From assembly GCA_041650335.1 (NCBI GenBank), contig JBAZLK010000001.1:164940-228939 (forward strand): a DNA stretch of 64,000 nt. Reading direction: 5' to 3'. The position numbers and the translations under genes were made by a program. Positions 48,225 through 58,744 of the stretch are shown here, in pieces (position 1 is the first letter of the stretch; every line of letters begins with the position of its first letter). This DNA comes from Patescibacteria group bacterium (lineage in GTDB: Bacteria; Patescibacteriota; Patescibacteriia; JAHIZJ01). The notes beneath the pieces were generated by a model. That model saw only the letters and a list, made by a program, of their open reading frames with translations. It was not told where the DNA came from and did no database searches.

Positions 48225-49131
48225 GGGCGTGTTCTTGATACCAAGCGATCGTTTTTTTCATGCCCTCGGCAAAGCTTGTTTTCGGTTGCCAATCGAGCAA
48301 TTCCCGTGCCTTGGAATTATCAGCCAGCGTATCGTGCGGCTCAACACGGGCGGGAATATGCGTCGTTTCGCCGCCGACTATTTCCGCAACTTCATTAACG
48401 CTGTGATTATCACCGTTGCCGATATTTATTACCTCGCCGTGGCCGACCTTTTCGCTTGTCATGGCAAGGATATTGGCTCGAACGATGTCGCCGATAAAAG
48501 TGAAATCCCGCGTTTGGGTGCCGTCGCCCGTTATGGTCAGCGGCTCGTGATTCATCTTTTGCCGGTTAAAGATGGCGATGACCGTTACATAGGCGCCTTC
48601 GGATGCCATCCGCGGTCCGTAGACATTGAAATATCTGAGTGAGACCGTTTCAATGTTCCAGAATAAATTTGCCAGCTTCGCGTATTCCTCGCCGACATAC
48701 TTCTGAAGTCCGTACGGACTTTTTGGATTCGGTTTCATTTCTTCCTGCAGGGGGAGCGAGACAGGGTCGCCATAGGCTGATGATGACGCCGAATACACTA
48801 ATCGCTTTACGCCAGCGTCACGCGCCGCCAGCAGGACATTCAAGGTGCCGGTGATATTTATATCATTCGTCTCCGTCGGATTCACGATCGAGACCTGGAC
48901 GCGGGGCAGGGCAGCGAGATGAAAGACCCCATCGAAGCCCGTAAACAACGGCTTGATTTCTTCGAGCTGGCGGATATCCGCCTTGATAAATTCCGCCTTC
49001 GGATGGAGATTTTCTTTCTTGCCGGTCGAAAGGTTATCAATAATTCTGACCGTGTCGCCGCGTTCGATCAACGCTGCTACCACATGGGAACCGATAAATC
49101 CAGCTCCGCCTGTAACAAGGTACTTTGGCAT
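48202..49131 (-). CDS. NAD-dependent nucleotide-sugar epimerase (GalE/WbpP-like SDR)
   Basis: [34 protein letters not shown]; catalytic YGLQKYVGE (YxxxK). Confidence 0.7.
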   Translation of the reverse strand: MPKYLVTGGAGFIGSHVVAALIERGDTVRIIDNLSTGKKENLHPKAEFIKADIRQLEEIKPLFTGFDGVFHLAALPRVQVSIVNPTETNDINITGTLNVLLAARDAGVKRLVYSASSSAYGDPVSLPLQEEMKPNPKSPYGLQKYVGEEYAKLANLFWNIETVSLRYFNVYGPRMASEGAYVTVIAIFNRQKMNHEPLTITGDGTQTRDFTFIGDIVRANILAMTSEKVGHGEVINIGNGDNHSVNEVAEIVGGETTHIPARVEPHDTLADNSKARELLDWQPKTSFAEGMKKTIAWYQEHAHESNNRE

Positions 49132-49188
49132 TCGTAAGAGTATTAAAATTAATCAGAAATACGCATCAATTCTACCACATTTCATTTA

Positions 49189-49216
49189 TTTGTAAAGTTG
49201 AGGGATTATTGTATAA
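49189..49216 (+). promoter_or_regulatory. Sigma-70-like promoter for the 49250 gene
   Basis: TTGTAA (49189-49194), 16-nt spacer, TATAAT (49211-49216). Confidence 0.4.
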
Positions 49217-49249
49217 TAGATACGCTAACTCGTCGTTTGTTGAATAATC

Positions 49250-50725
49250 ATGAAACGTAGACCAGTTATCGTTATCGGGAAAATACTTATTTTGCTTGTG
49301 CCAGTTTTTTTATTAGGCTGGGTGATTAATGTTAATGTCGCGCCGACGGGCCACGTGCGGATCGTCCAACACGTCGGCCAAGCGTCGCGGGGGGCGATCG
49401 AGCTGGAACCGGCGGCTCGCCTCAGCGATATCGATACAGGCAGCCGTCAGATTATTGATCAGCCGGTTTATTTTTCCATGAAAATGCCGCGATCCTTTGA
49501 GACGGCAAAGGTGACGCTGGAATATCAAAATCAAGACCAACCCTTGGTTGAGCTGGGTGTCCACCGCACGGTCGGCACCTATGATTATTTGTTAAAGCCC
49601 TTCGATGTCGGTCTTTTACGGAACAGCGAGTGGGATTTTTTGAGCGACAATACTCAGTCCTTGCTGCTGGCCCAGCGGAAAACGGCGATGGTAACAAAGT
49701 ATACGAGCATCCAAGAATTCACGAAAAACATTCCTCGCGATTCGATAACGGCGGAGTATAATATTGACTATAAAAAAGACTACCGTCTGCCCGATTATCA
49801 AAAATTGGACACCGAGCTGAACATAGCCACGTCGCTTCAAGGTCGTCACGTATTCTACGCGTATATTAAAGACGAGCCTCTCAACATAAACGTTGTCTAT
49901 CAAGACATAAATAAAAACGTCGGTCCCGATCGTTTTCATTTGAATATATATTATGGCGATACCCAACGTATTCAAAGCGTCGACCGTCCGGATGACGGCG
50001 AAGAGGGCGCGACCGGCGGTAGCTCGGCCGAGCAGTCCGTCGCGGTAAATATTCCGAATCTACCCGAGGGGATCTACCGACTGGAATTTGACATCAGCGA
50101 TGATCTTATTATAAAAAAAATACATACCACCCTGCATTATTTAGTCGTTGATCAGCGGATAAAAGTATTGGAAAATCAGAACAAAGAACCGGTACGTTTA
50201 TTTTCTCGAGCCGACAAATATACTGTTTTGCCCCTCTCATCGGCCGGTCGCCAAAGCGTATCCATCGATTCACAAGACATAGCACTGAACGATTCTGGGC
50301 TGCCAGCGGTCAGTCAGACCACTGGTGATCAAAAGAATAATTTACACACCATCGTCTTACCACAGGGGAACGCCATGCTCACGGCCAATGGCGCATTTTC
50401 CTTTACACCCGAAAGCTGTTTTTACCCGGCCAGTTTTCTGATAAACTTGGCAGACGTGACCGATTTCTCAGGAATTGATTATGTGTTGACAAAAGATTTT
50501 ACACCGCCGACTACGAATGGTGATTGGCTGACCGGCAGCCAAACGTTTGATCTCCGGAAGGCATATATATCCGACCGAACGACCAGGTTTGAAATCTCGG
50601 CGCCTGGTCTGGCCCAACGCGGCGCCGTTCTGAATGTACGGAAAATTACGATCGATCTCTACCGTCAGCCGATGAAGTGGCAGACATTATTAACTGATCT
50701 AAAAAATTACCTCAAGAAGATATAA
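49250..50725 (+). CDS. Hypothetical membrane-anchored extracytoplasmic protein
   Basis: N-terminal TM VIVIGKILILLVPVFLLGWVI, then 460 hydrophilic aa with no known domain. Confidence 0.5.
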   Translation: MKRRPVIVIGKILILLVPVFLLGWVINVNVAPTGHVRIVQHVGQASRGAIELEPAARLSDIDTGSRQIIDQPVYFSMKMPRSFETAKVTLEYQNQDQPLVELGVHRTVGTYDYLLKPFDVGLLRNSEWDFLSDNTQSLLLAQRKTAMVTKYTSIQEFTKNIPRDSITAEYNIDYKKDYRLPDYQKLDTELNIATSLQGRHVFYAYIKDEPLNINVVYQDINKNVGPDRFHLNIYYGDTQRIQSVDRPDDGEEGATGGSSAEQSVAVNIPNLPEGIYRLEFDISDDLIIKKIHTTLHYLVVDQRIKVLENQNKEPVRLFSRADKYTVLPLSSAGRQSVSIDSQDIALNDSGLPAVSQTTGDQKNNLHTIVLPQGNAMLTANGAFSFTPESCFYPASFLINLADVTDFSGIDYVLTKDFTPPTTNGDWLTGSQTFDLRKAYISDRTTRFEISAPGLAQRGAVLNVRKITIDLYRQPMKWQTLLTDLKNYLKKI

Positions 50726-50729
50726 GAGC

Positions 50730-51095
50730 ATGACCGGGTCCGTCATAAAACAGCTTCTCGACTTTGCCTTTAAAGTAAGCGTCGTAACATACGGCCTCTT
50801 TTGGATGATTGAAATACTCGATCCGGGGCGGGTGAGCACGTTTTTTAACTTGGCGCCCTTTCTTATCGTGGTTGTCGGACTGGGTCTGTTGACGCTCTTT
50901 TTCCCGCGCGATGATTTCTCGCCGGACCAACCGATGAAAAGAAACAACACCTTTCTGGTGATTGTCGTAATTCTCGCCGCGGCTTTTGCGCTGCTGCAGA
51001 TTAAAAAGAACTATCTTGTTTTGCTCATCGGCGCTAGTTTCGTTATTATGCTTGTGGCGTATCTTTCAACCATTAAAAAGGAGAATACAACATGA
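50730..51095 (+). CDS. Small 4-TM membrane protein (GtrA-like size and topology; assignment uncertain)
   Basis: 121 aa with four hydrophobic segments; 4-nt overlap with the downstream nucleotidyltransferase gene. Confidence 0.4.
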   Translation: MTGSVIKQLLDFAFKVSVVTYGLFWMIEILDPGRVSTFFNLAPFLIVVVGLGLLTLFFPRDDFSPDQPMKRNNTFLVIVVILAAAFALLQIKKNYLVLLIGASFVIMLVAYLSTIKKENTT

Positions 51096-51841
51096 AAGGA
51101 ATTATCCTTGCCGGAGGCACGGGATCACGTCTGGCTCCACTGACGCGAGTGACAAACAAACATTTGTTGCCCGTATTCAATCGGCCGATGATTTATTACC
51201 CGATTGCCACGTTGAAGAATGCTGGTATCACTGACATCCTCGTGGTATCCGGCCGGGGTCATGTCGGACACCTGCTGGAATTGCTCGGGTCTGGTCGAAG
51301 ATTCGGTGTGAAATTTTCCTATGAGGTGCAAGAAGAACCGGGCGGAATCGCCCAGGCGCTTGGTTTGGCTGAAGCGTACGTCGACAATGACAAGGTCGTG
51401 GTGATTTTGGGAGATAATATCATCGTTGATAATGTTGGAACGGCTGTGAAAGATTTTGAAAAGCAACCAAGCGGTGCGAAAATATTTCTGAAAGAAACGA
51501 AGTACCCGCAGTCGCTCGGCATCGCGGAAATTGACGGTGATCGCATTGTCAATATTGAAGAAAAGCCAAAAAAACCGAAATCAAATCTTGCAGTTATTGG
51601 TCTCTATATGTATGATAGCAGCGTTTTTAAGGTTGTGAAGACGCTGAAACCCTCGAAGCGCGGCGAACTAGAAATCACCGATGTTAATAACCATTTCATA
51701 AAAGAAAGCGTAATGACTTACAGCGTACTTCAGGGTTGGTGGGGCGACGGAGGAGAGTCATTTGAAAGTTTATTAGAGGCGGGTCAGCTTGTCGCTAATA
51801 CTATTAAAGAAACCGGCCATGATCCATGGTGTACAGATTAA
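51092..51841 (+). CDS. Sugar-phosphate nucleotidyltransferase (RmlA/glucose-1-phosphate thymidylyltransferase family, short form)
   Basis: MKGIILAGGTGSRLAPLTRVTNKHLLPV (G-rich NTP loop); SD AAGGAG upstream. Confidence 0.65.
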   Translation: MKGIILAGGTGSRLAPLTRVTNKHLLPVFNRPMIYYPIATLKNAGITDILVVSGRGHVGHLLELLGSGRRFGVKFSYEVQEEPGGIAQALGLAEAYVDNDKVVVILGDNIIVDNVGTAVKDFEKQPSGAKIFLKETKYPQSLGIAEIDGDRIVNIEEKPKKPKSNLAVIGLYMYDSSVFKVVKTLKPSKRGELEITDVNNHFIKESVMTYSVLQGWWGDGGESFESLLEAGQLVANTIKETGHDPWCTD

Positions 51842-52304
51842 AACATTAACCGTTCATCAAGACATTCCTGATCGCGGGGAAGACTCGGGCAAAGCCGGCT
51901 TTCTGATGGAGGTATTGCGGGCGGATGACGGGCTTTTGAGCAAGTTTGGCCAAACGACGTTCACCGTGGCGAATAGGGGCGTGATTAAGGCCTTTCATTT
52001 CCACGAGCGCCAGGACGATCTCTGGTTTGCGGCGACCGGCAAGGCGATGATCGTTTTACACGATCTGCGTCCCGATTCGGCGACGAAAGGCGAGACCCAG
52101 GTTATCTTCGCTGGCCGTGACGATTACAAGCTGATTCTCATACCGATCGGCGTGGCTCATGGATATAAAGTGCTAAGCGCTGAGCCGGTGATGCTTTTTT
52201 ACCACACGACCGAAGCATATGATCCGAAAAATCCGGATGAAAAGCGCCTCCTGTATGATGACCCGAAGATTGGGTTTGACTGGAATAATGAAATTCAAAA
52301 TTAA
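51819..52304 (+). CDS. RmlC-like cupin (dTDP-4-dehydrorhamnose 3,5-epimerase family)
   Basis: RGVIKAFHFHERQDDLWFAATGKAMIVLHDLR parallels the RmlC core RGVLRGLHFQ...KLV.C..G.V.DV.VDLR. ATG taken at 51819. Confidence 0.6.
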   Translation: MIHGVQIKTLTVHQDIPDRGEDSGKAGFLMEVLRADDGLLSKFGQTTFTVANRGVIKAFHFHERQDDLWFAATGKAMIVLHDLRPDSATKGETQVIFAGRDDYKLILIPIGVAHGYKVLSAEPVMLFYHTTEAYDPKNPDEKRLLYDDPKIGFDWNNEIQN

Positions 52305-52386
52305 TAATTCAAAATTAAAAATGGAGGAGTCCGCTCGGCGGACGCATTAATTTTACATTTTACATTTTGAATTTTACATTTTTTAT
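52305..52386 (+). promoter_or_regulatory. Conserved AT-rich intergenic element, copy A: direct repeats, a short GC hairpin and a TTTTACATTTTGAATT box
   Basis: AATTCAAAATTAA x2, then AAAATGGAGGA, hairpin GTCCGC-TCG-GCGGAC, then AATTTTACATTTTACATTTTGAATTTTACATTTT, ending at the ATG of the PfkB gene. It shares a 16-mer and overall layout with 55437..55530. Confidence 0.45.
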
Positions 52387-53331
52387 ATGAAAATCCTCGT
52401 TTCAGGCTCGCTCGCGTTCGACCGGATTATGGATTTCCCGGGCCGGTTTAAGGACTATATTTTACCCGAAAAAATTCACGTTTTAAGCGTGAGCTTTTTG
52501 GTGAATACGTTGCGCGAAAACTTCGGCGGCACGGCCGGTAACATTGCCTATAACTTGGCGCTCTTAAAAGAACAGCCGATTATTCTGGCAACGGCTGGCA
52601 AGGATTTTGCCCAGTATCGCGACTGGCTGAGAGAAAGAAACGTCACTACTGACCAAATCGTCCTGAACGAAGATTTCACCGCTTCAGCGAATATTATCAC
52701 CGATCTCGACAACAATCAGATCACCGGCTTTCATCCTGGCGCCATGAAACAGGCCAGTCGGGTGGATGTTGAAAAAATAAAAAACGCGGAAGGAGAACTT
52801 TTTGCGATTATTTGCGCGGGCAATGTGGAGGACATGATCTATTATGCCCGCGAATATCAGCGGCTGAACATCCCGTACATTTTCGATCCCGCCCAGCAAA
52901 TTCCCGCCCTGAAGTCCGACCAACTGAAATTTGCCGTCACCGGCGCCCGGGTGTTTATCGGCAATGATTATGAAATCGATCTGGTTTTAAAAGTAACGGG
53001 CGCAACCAAGCACGATATCTTGAAAAAAACCGAGCTGATTGTCACGACAAAAGGGGAGCATGGCTCATTGATCGAAACCGCTGATTCGAGCTATACTATC
53101 CCTATTGCCAAGCCGCGCGAAATTAAGGATCCGACCGGCGCGGGCGACGCCTACCGGGCGGGATTTATCAAAGGACTGCTCGGCCATTACTCGCTCGAAC
53201 AAGCCGGCCGGCTCGGTTCGGTGTCGGCGGTGTATCCGATCGAATACTACGGCACCCAACAACATACCTACACGAGTCGGGAATTCAGCGAGCGGTATAA
53301 AGAAAATTTTCGAGAGGAAATTCGTTTATAA
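52387..53331 (+). CDS. PfkB-family carbohydrate kinase (ribokinase-like)
   Basis: C-terminal signature DPTGAGDAYRAGFIKGLL; N-terminal GG motif region. Confidence 0.7.
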   Translation: MKILVSGSLAFDRIMDFPGRFKDYILPEKIHVLSVSFLVNTLRENFGGTAGNIAYNLALLKEQPIILATAGKDFAQYRDWLRERNVTTDQIVLNEDFTASANIITDLDNNQITGFHPGAMKQASRVDVEKIKNAEGELFAIICAGNVEDMIYYAREYQRLNIPYIFDPAQQIPALKSDQLKFAVTGARVFIGNDYEIDLVLKVTGATKHDILKKTELIVTTKGEHGSLIETADSSYTIPIAKPREIKDPTGAGDAYRAGFIKGLLGHYSLEQAGRLGSVSAVYPIEYYGTQQHTYTSREFSERYKENFREEIRL

Positions 53332-53349
53332 AAAAATAATTAAACATCG

Positions 53350-54156
53350 ATGCCAGCAAAAAAACGCCCCGCAACAAAAGTTTCAAAAAACCAAAAATTA
53401 CGTCGAGTAAATTTGTTATCAAGCGCTCTTGAATCAAAGAAGACGCATCGAACATCCTGGCCAGGGTACTCGCCGGTGGTCGGACTTTTTGTTATCGTGC
53501 TCGTTGCCTTGATCGTCGGGGCGGGGTTGTATTATCTCTCCACCAAGACGAAATCGACGAATACGAACAGCACGGTTGGATTGGAAACGAACAAAAACAT
53601 CAACGCCAATTCAAATTCCGTTGCCTGTACGATGGAAGCCAAGCTTTGTTCGGACGGCTCCTACGTCAGTCGAATCCCGCCGGACTGCCAATTTGCCGCC
53701 TGCCCGGGCGAGACAAACATGAATTTGAATAGCAATGCGAATGTGAATTCGAATACAAATAGCAATACAAACACCGCCGGCTGGCAGACATATATAAACC
53801 AGACCGGTGGGTACTCGATACAATACCCAGCCAATTGGATGATTGATACAACTCGGAATATCGGGCCGAACAGCGTTGTTTTTGAGGCCTCGGGCAGCGC
53901 GGGTGAAGCTGTTGAAGGGATAGAATTCGATGTAACCACAAAAACTCTTGACCAATGGGCGGCTGAATTTGAAACCGGTATTGTTGAAAGTGTTACCGCG
54001 ACAACGATTGATGGTAAGGTGGCCAAGAGGGTTGATACGACGGAGTTCGGCCAGGATTATATTGGCGTCCGCAATGGGGATAAATTGTACGTTTTTACCA
54101 GCAACGGTACAATGTTCACCAACGGCATGTTAAATACCTTTCAATTCACTCAGTAA
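53350..54156 (+). CDS. Hypothetical membrane-anchored protein with an Asn-rich linker and Cys pairs
   Basis: TM VVGLFVIVLVALIVGAGLYYL; NINANSNS...NMNLNSNANVNSNTNSNTNT; CTMEAKLC...CQFAAC. Confidence 0.5.
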   Translation: MPAKKRPATKVSKNQKLRRVNLLSSALESKKTHRTSWPGYSPVVGLFVIVLVALIVGAGLYYLSTKTKSTNTNSTVGLETNKNINANSNSVACTMEAKLCSDGSYVSRIPPDCQFAACPGETNMNLNSNANVNSNTNSNTNTAGWQTYINQTGGYSIQYPANWMIDTTRNIGPNSVVFEASGSAGEAVEGIEFDVTTKTLDQWAAEFETGIVESVTATTIDGKVAKRVDTTEFGQDYIGVRNGDKLYVFTSNGTMFTNGMLNTFQFTQ

Positions 54157-54170
54157 ATCATTAATCATAA

Positions 54171-55436
<1,266 letters not shown>

Positions 55437-55530
55437 AGCAATTAAAAAATTCAAAATTACAAATTAAAAATGTAGGAAAACGCCTAAGGCGGGAACAATA
55501 ATTTTGAGTTTTACATTTTGAATTCATAAC
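55437..55530 (+). promoter_or_regulatory. Conserved AT-rich intergenic element, copy B
   Basis: AAAAATTCAAAATTACAAATTAAAAATGTAGGA, hairpin CGCC-TAA-GGCG, then AATTTTGAGTTTTACATTTTGAATTCATAACTTGAATCAAG, immediately upstream of the second NDP-sugar dehydrogenase. Confidence 0.45.
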
Positions 55531-56817
55531 TTGAATCAAGATATGTTAGAAAAAAGCAGGAGTATTGGTCTAGTTGGACTCGGCTATGTCGGTTTGCCGC
55601 TGGCCGTGTCGTTGGCGCGGCATTATCCGGTGGTCGGCTTTGATTTAAACGAGAAGAAAATTCAGCGTTTGCGCCAAGGAACGGATCCGAACAACGAATT
55701 GTCCGAGGCGGAACTGAACAGCGTTACGATCGACTATACGACAGATCCGGCCGCTCTCAAAAAGTGCAACTTTATCATAGTGGCCGTACCGACACCGATT
55801 ACAGCCGACAAAAAGCCTGACCTGACGCCTGTTGAATCCGCTTCTCGGCTTGTCGGCGCGAATATGTCGAAAGGCGCAATTGTCGTTTTCGAATCGACCG
55901 TCTATCCCGGGGTAACCGAAGAAATCTGCGTCCCGATTATCGAGCAAGAATCCGGTTTGAAATGCGGCCGGGACTGGAAAATCGGCTACAGCCCTGAGCG
56001 GGTCAATCCGGGGGACAAAGAACACACCATCGATAAGATTACGAAGGTTGTGAGTGGGATGGACGCCGAAACGTGCGATGCAGTCGCCGAGGTATACGGC
56101 TCATTTACCAAGATACATAAGGCGCCCAACATTAAAACCGCTGAAGCGGCGAAGGTGATCGAAAACATCCAACGCGACCTAAACATTGCCTTAATGAACG
56201 AACTAAGCCTGATTTTCGAAAAATTGGGCATCAAAACCAAAGACGTTTTGGCGGCCGCTTCAACCAAGTGGAATTTTCATGCCTATCGGCCGGGTTTGGT
56301 CGGCGGGCATTGCATTGGCGTCGATCCGTATTATCTGACCTATCGCGCTCAAGAGCTTGGCTACGAGCCGCAGGTGATCCTGGCCGGTCGGTCACTTAAT
56401 GATTCGATGCCGATTATCGTCGCCCAAAAGGTTCTGAGCCGATTGAGCGAGACGGGAAAAACCAAGCCAAAAATACAGGTCATGGGATTAACCTTTAAAG
56501 AAAACGTGAAGGACTCGCGGAACAGCAAAGCGCGCGAACTCATCCAAGAATTGAAAAAAAACAACGCGCAGGTGACCGGCTGGGATCCATTTCTTGATGA
56601 TGACGAAGTGAAAAAAGTATTCGACGTCGACAATCAACACCCGTTGGCTGGCGACGCTTTTGATGCGCTGATCGTTCTGTCTCCGCATCGGCAATTTCAC
56701 GACATTCCAATAAAAGATTTAGCCGAAAAAATGGCCGGCGGGGTTGTCTTCGATCTCACTGGGGTGTATCCGGCTGAGAAGGCTGAAGAACTCGGCTTAC
56801 GTTATCTCACATTGTAA
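55531..56817 (+). CDS. Nucleotide-sugar dehydrogenase (UDP-N-acetyl-hexosamine 6-dehydrogenase-like; TviB/WbpA/WecC family)
   Basis: IGLVGLGYVGLPLAVSLARHYPVVGFDLNEKKI; catalytic LVGGHCIGVDPYY; GLTFKENVKDSRNS. Confidence 0.7.
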   Translation: MNQDMLEKSRSIGLVGLGYVGLPLAVSLARHYPVVGFDLNEKKIQRLRQGTDPNNELSEAELNSVTIDYTTDPAALKKCNFIIVAVPTPITADKKPDLTPVESASRLVGANMSKGAIVVFESTVYPGVTEEICVPIIEQESGLKCGRDWKIGYSPERVNPGDKEHTIDKITKVVSGMDAETCDAVAEVYGSFTKIHKAPNIKTAEAAKVIENIQRDLNIALMNELSLIFEKLGIKTKDVLAAASTKWNFHAYRPGLVGGHCIGVDPYYLTYRAQELGYEPQVILAGRSLNDSMPIIVAQKVLSRLSETGKTKPKIQVMGLTFKENVKDSRNSKARELIQELKKNNAQVTGWDPFLDDDEVKKVFDVDNQHPLAGDAFDALIVLSPHRQFHDIPIKDLAEKMAGGVVFDLTGVYPAEKAEELGLRYLTL

Positions 56818-56827
56818 TACATCGGAA

Positions 56828-57823
56828 ATGAAATTTCTCATCACCGGCGGGGCGGGCTTCATGGGCTCGAACTTCATCCGCTATCTGATCAATAATTACC
56901 CGGAATTTGAGGTGGTAAATTTTGATAAGCTTACCTATGCCGGGAATCTCGAGAATTTGCGCGACCTCGAACAAAATCCGCGCTATCAATTCATCAAGGG
57001 CGATATTGCTGATGAAGCGGCGGTTAACGCAATTATGGGGCAGGACATCGATACGGTCATTAATTTCGCGGCTGAAACCCACGTCGATCGGTCAATTTCC
57101 GGTCCGAAGAGCTTTATCGTAACGGATGTGCTCGGAACCTATACCTTGCTTGAGGCGGTGAAAAAACACGGGATAAAGAAGTATATCCAAATTTCGACCG
57201 ACGAGGTTTTTGGCTCGACGAACGAGGAATTCTCCGAGGATAGTCCGTTTGAGCCGAATAGCCCGTACTCAGCATCGAAGGCCGGGGGCGATCATTTAGT
57301 CCGGGCGTATTGGAAAACGTATGGCCTGCCGGTTATCGTCACGCACAGCTGCAATTTTTACGGCCCCTACCAATATCCGGAAAAGCTCATCCCGCTGTTT
57401 ATCACAAATCTGATCGAAGGCAAGAAAATTCCGGTTTATGGCGACGGACAAAACATCCGGGAATGGATCTACGTGCCCGACTATTGCCAGGCGCTTGACG
57501 TCATCCACCAGAAAGGCGAGCCTGGGGAGGTCTATAACATTGGCACGGGCGAGCGCTTTACCAATCTCGAAGTAACACAAATGATATTAGAGCAAATGGG
57601 CGTCGGCCAGGAAATGGTCGAATACGTCAAGGACCGGCCCGGCCACGACCGTCGCTATGCCATCAATGCCGAGAAACTGCGCGAACTCGGGTGGCAGCCG
57701 GATTGGAATTTTGAGCAGGCGCTGAAGGAAACGATTGAGTGGTATCAGGATCACCAGGACTGGTGGAAGAGGCTCAAGAGCGGGGAGTATTTGGAATACT
57801 ATAAAAAACAGTACGGCGCCTAA
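56828..57823 (+). CDS. rmlB: dTDP-glucose 4,6-dehydratase
   Basis: MKFLITGGAGFMGSNFIRYLI; INFAAETHVDRSI; YSASKAGGDHLVRAYWKTYGLPV. ATG at 56828; the track ORF extends falsely upstream. Confidence 0.85.
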   Translation: MKFLITGGAGFMGSNFIRYLINNYPEFEVVNFDKLTYAGNLENLRDLEQNPRYQFIKGDIADEAAVNAIMGQDIDTVINFAAETHVDRSISGPKSFIVTDVLGTYTLLEAVKKHGIKKYIQISTDEVFGSTNEEFSEDSPFEPNSPYSASKAGGDHLVRAYWKTYGLPVIVTHSCNFYGPYQYPEKLIPLFITNLIEGKKIPVYGDGQNIREWIYVPDYCQALDVIHQKGEPGEVYNIGTGERFTNLEVTQMILEQMGVGQEMVEYVKDRPGHDRRYAINAEKLRELGWQPDWNFEQALKETIEWYQDHQDWWKRLKSGEYLEYYKKQYGA

Positions 57824-57839
57824 AGAATCTGCGACCGTC

Positions 57840-57868
57840 TTTACAGTCACGGCGTGAATCGGTACACT
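57840..57868 (+). promoter_or_regulatory. Putative promoter for rmlD
   Basis: TTTACA (57840-57845), 17-nt spacer, TACACT (57863-57868); ATG at 57914. Confidence 0.3.
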
Positions 57869-57913
57869 ATAAGCAGGCCAGTGCGCGGATAAAAATATTT
57901 AAAGGAATACCGC

Positions 57914-58744
57914 ATGAAGATTCTTATCGCTGGACACAAGGGCATGCTTGGCTCGGCGCTAGCCGACGTTTTTAAGGGTGAAGAACTTGTACTTTGGGAT
58001 TTGCCCGAGGTTGACGTGGCTGACGAATCGATACTTGACCAGATGGTAGCGGAAAATCCGGAATTAGTCATTAATGCTACCGGCTATACGGCTGTTGATT
58101 TGGCCGAGAAGAATAAGAAGGAGGCAAAAAAAGGCAATATTACGACGGTTGAAATGCTCGCTGAAGCTTGCGAGAAGATTAATTCGCCGCTTGTCCATTT
58201 CAGCACGGATTATGTCTTTGACGGCGAAACAAAGGGTGGTTACGAAGAGACCGCCGCGCCGAAACCGATCAGTTTCTATGGGAAAACGAAAGCCGAGGCC
58301 GAAAAAATTCTCAGAAAGAAAACAGACGAGATATTTCTTATCCGGACGTCCGGACTCTATGGTCCAAACGGGAAAAATTTCGTGGACGCGATTCTCGAAA
58401 AAGCCAAAACCGGCGCTCCGTTAGCAGTCGTAAATGACCAAATCTGCAAACCGACCTATTCGCTCGACCTGGCCAGGGCCGTCCGTGAGCTTGTCGAAAT
58501 GCAGCCAGAATACGGCACCTATCATCTTGTGAATGAAGGGGCGGTCAGCTGGTACGAATTTGCAAAAAAGATCGTTGAGCTCGCCCAGCTCAAGGTTGAC
58601 GTGAAGCCAATTAGTTCAAAAGAATACAAGGCGGCGGCAAAACGTCCGGCAAACTCGACGCTTTTGAACACGAAAATGAAACACCTCCGACCCTGGTCAG
58701 AGGCATTAGCCGATTATTTAGCCCGTAAGCTGTCGAAAGCTTAA
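57914..58744 (+). CDS. rmlD: dTDP-4-dehydrorhamnose reductase
   Basis: MKILIAGHKGMLGSAL...VINATGYTAVD...HFSTDYVFDG...YGKTKAEAE. Confidence 0.8.
   Translation: MKILIAGHKGMLGSALADVFKGEELVLWDLPEVDVADESILDQMVAENPELVINATGYTAVDLAEKNKKEAKKGNITTVEMLAEACEKINSPLVHFSTDYVFDGETKGGYEETAAPKPISFYGKTKAEAEKILRKKTDEIFLIRTSGLYGPNGKNFVDAILEKAKTGAPLAVVNDQICKPTYSLDLARAVRELVEMQPEYGTYHLVNEGAVSWYEFAKKIVELAQLKVDVKPISSKEYKAAAKRPANSTLLNTKMKHLRPWSEALADYLARKLSKA

Noticed and set aside
52321-52350. 9-codon mini-ORF (MEESARRTH) as a regulatory leader peptide
   Set aside because: The homologous position in copy B of the element is ATG immediately followed by TAG, so a peptide is not conserved.
58741-58744. Convergent rmlD and PEGA genes sharing overlapping stop codons within TTAA
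   Set aside because: Real, but a trivial consequence of compact gene packing. No terminator or regulatory structure is evident.
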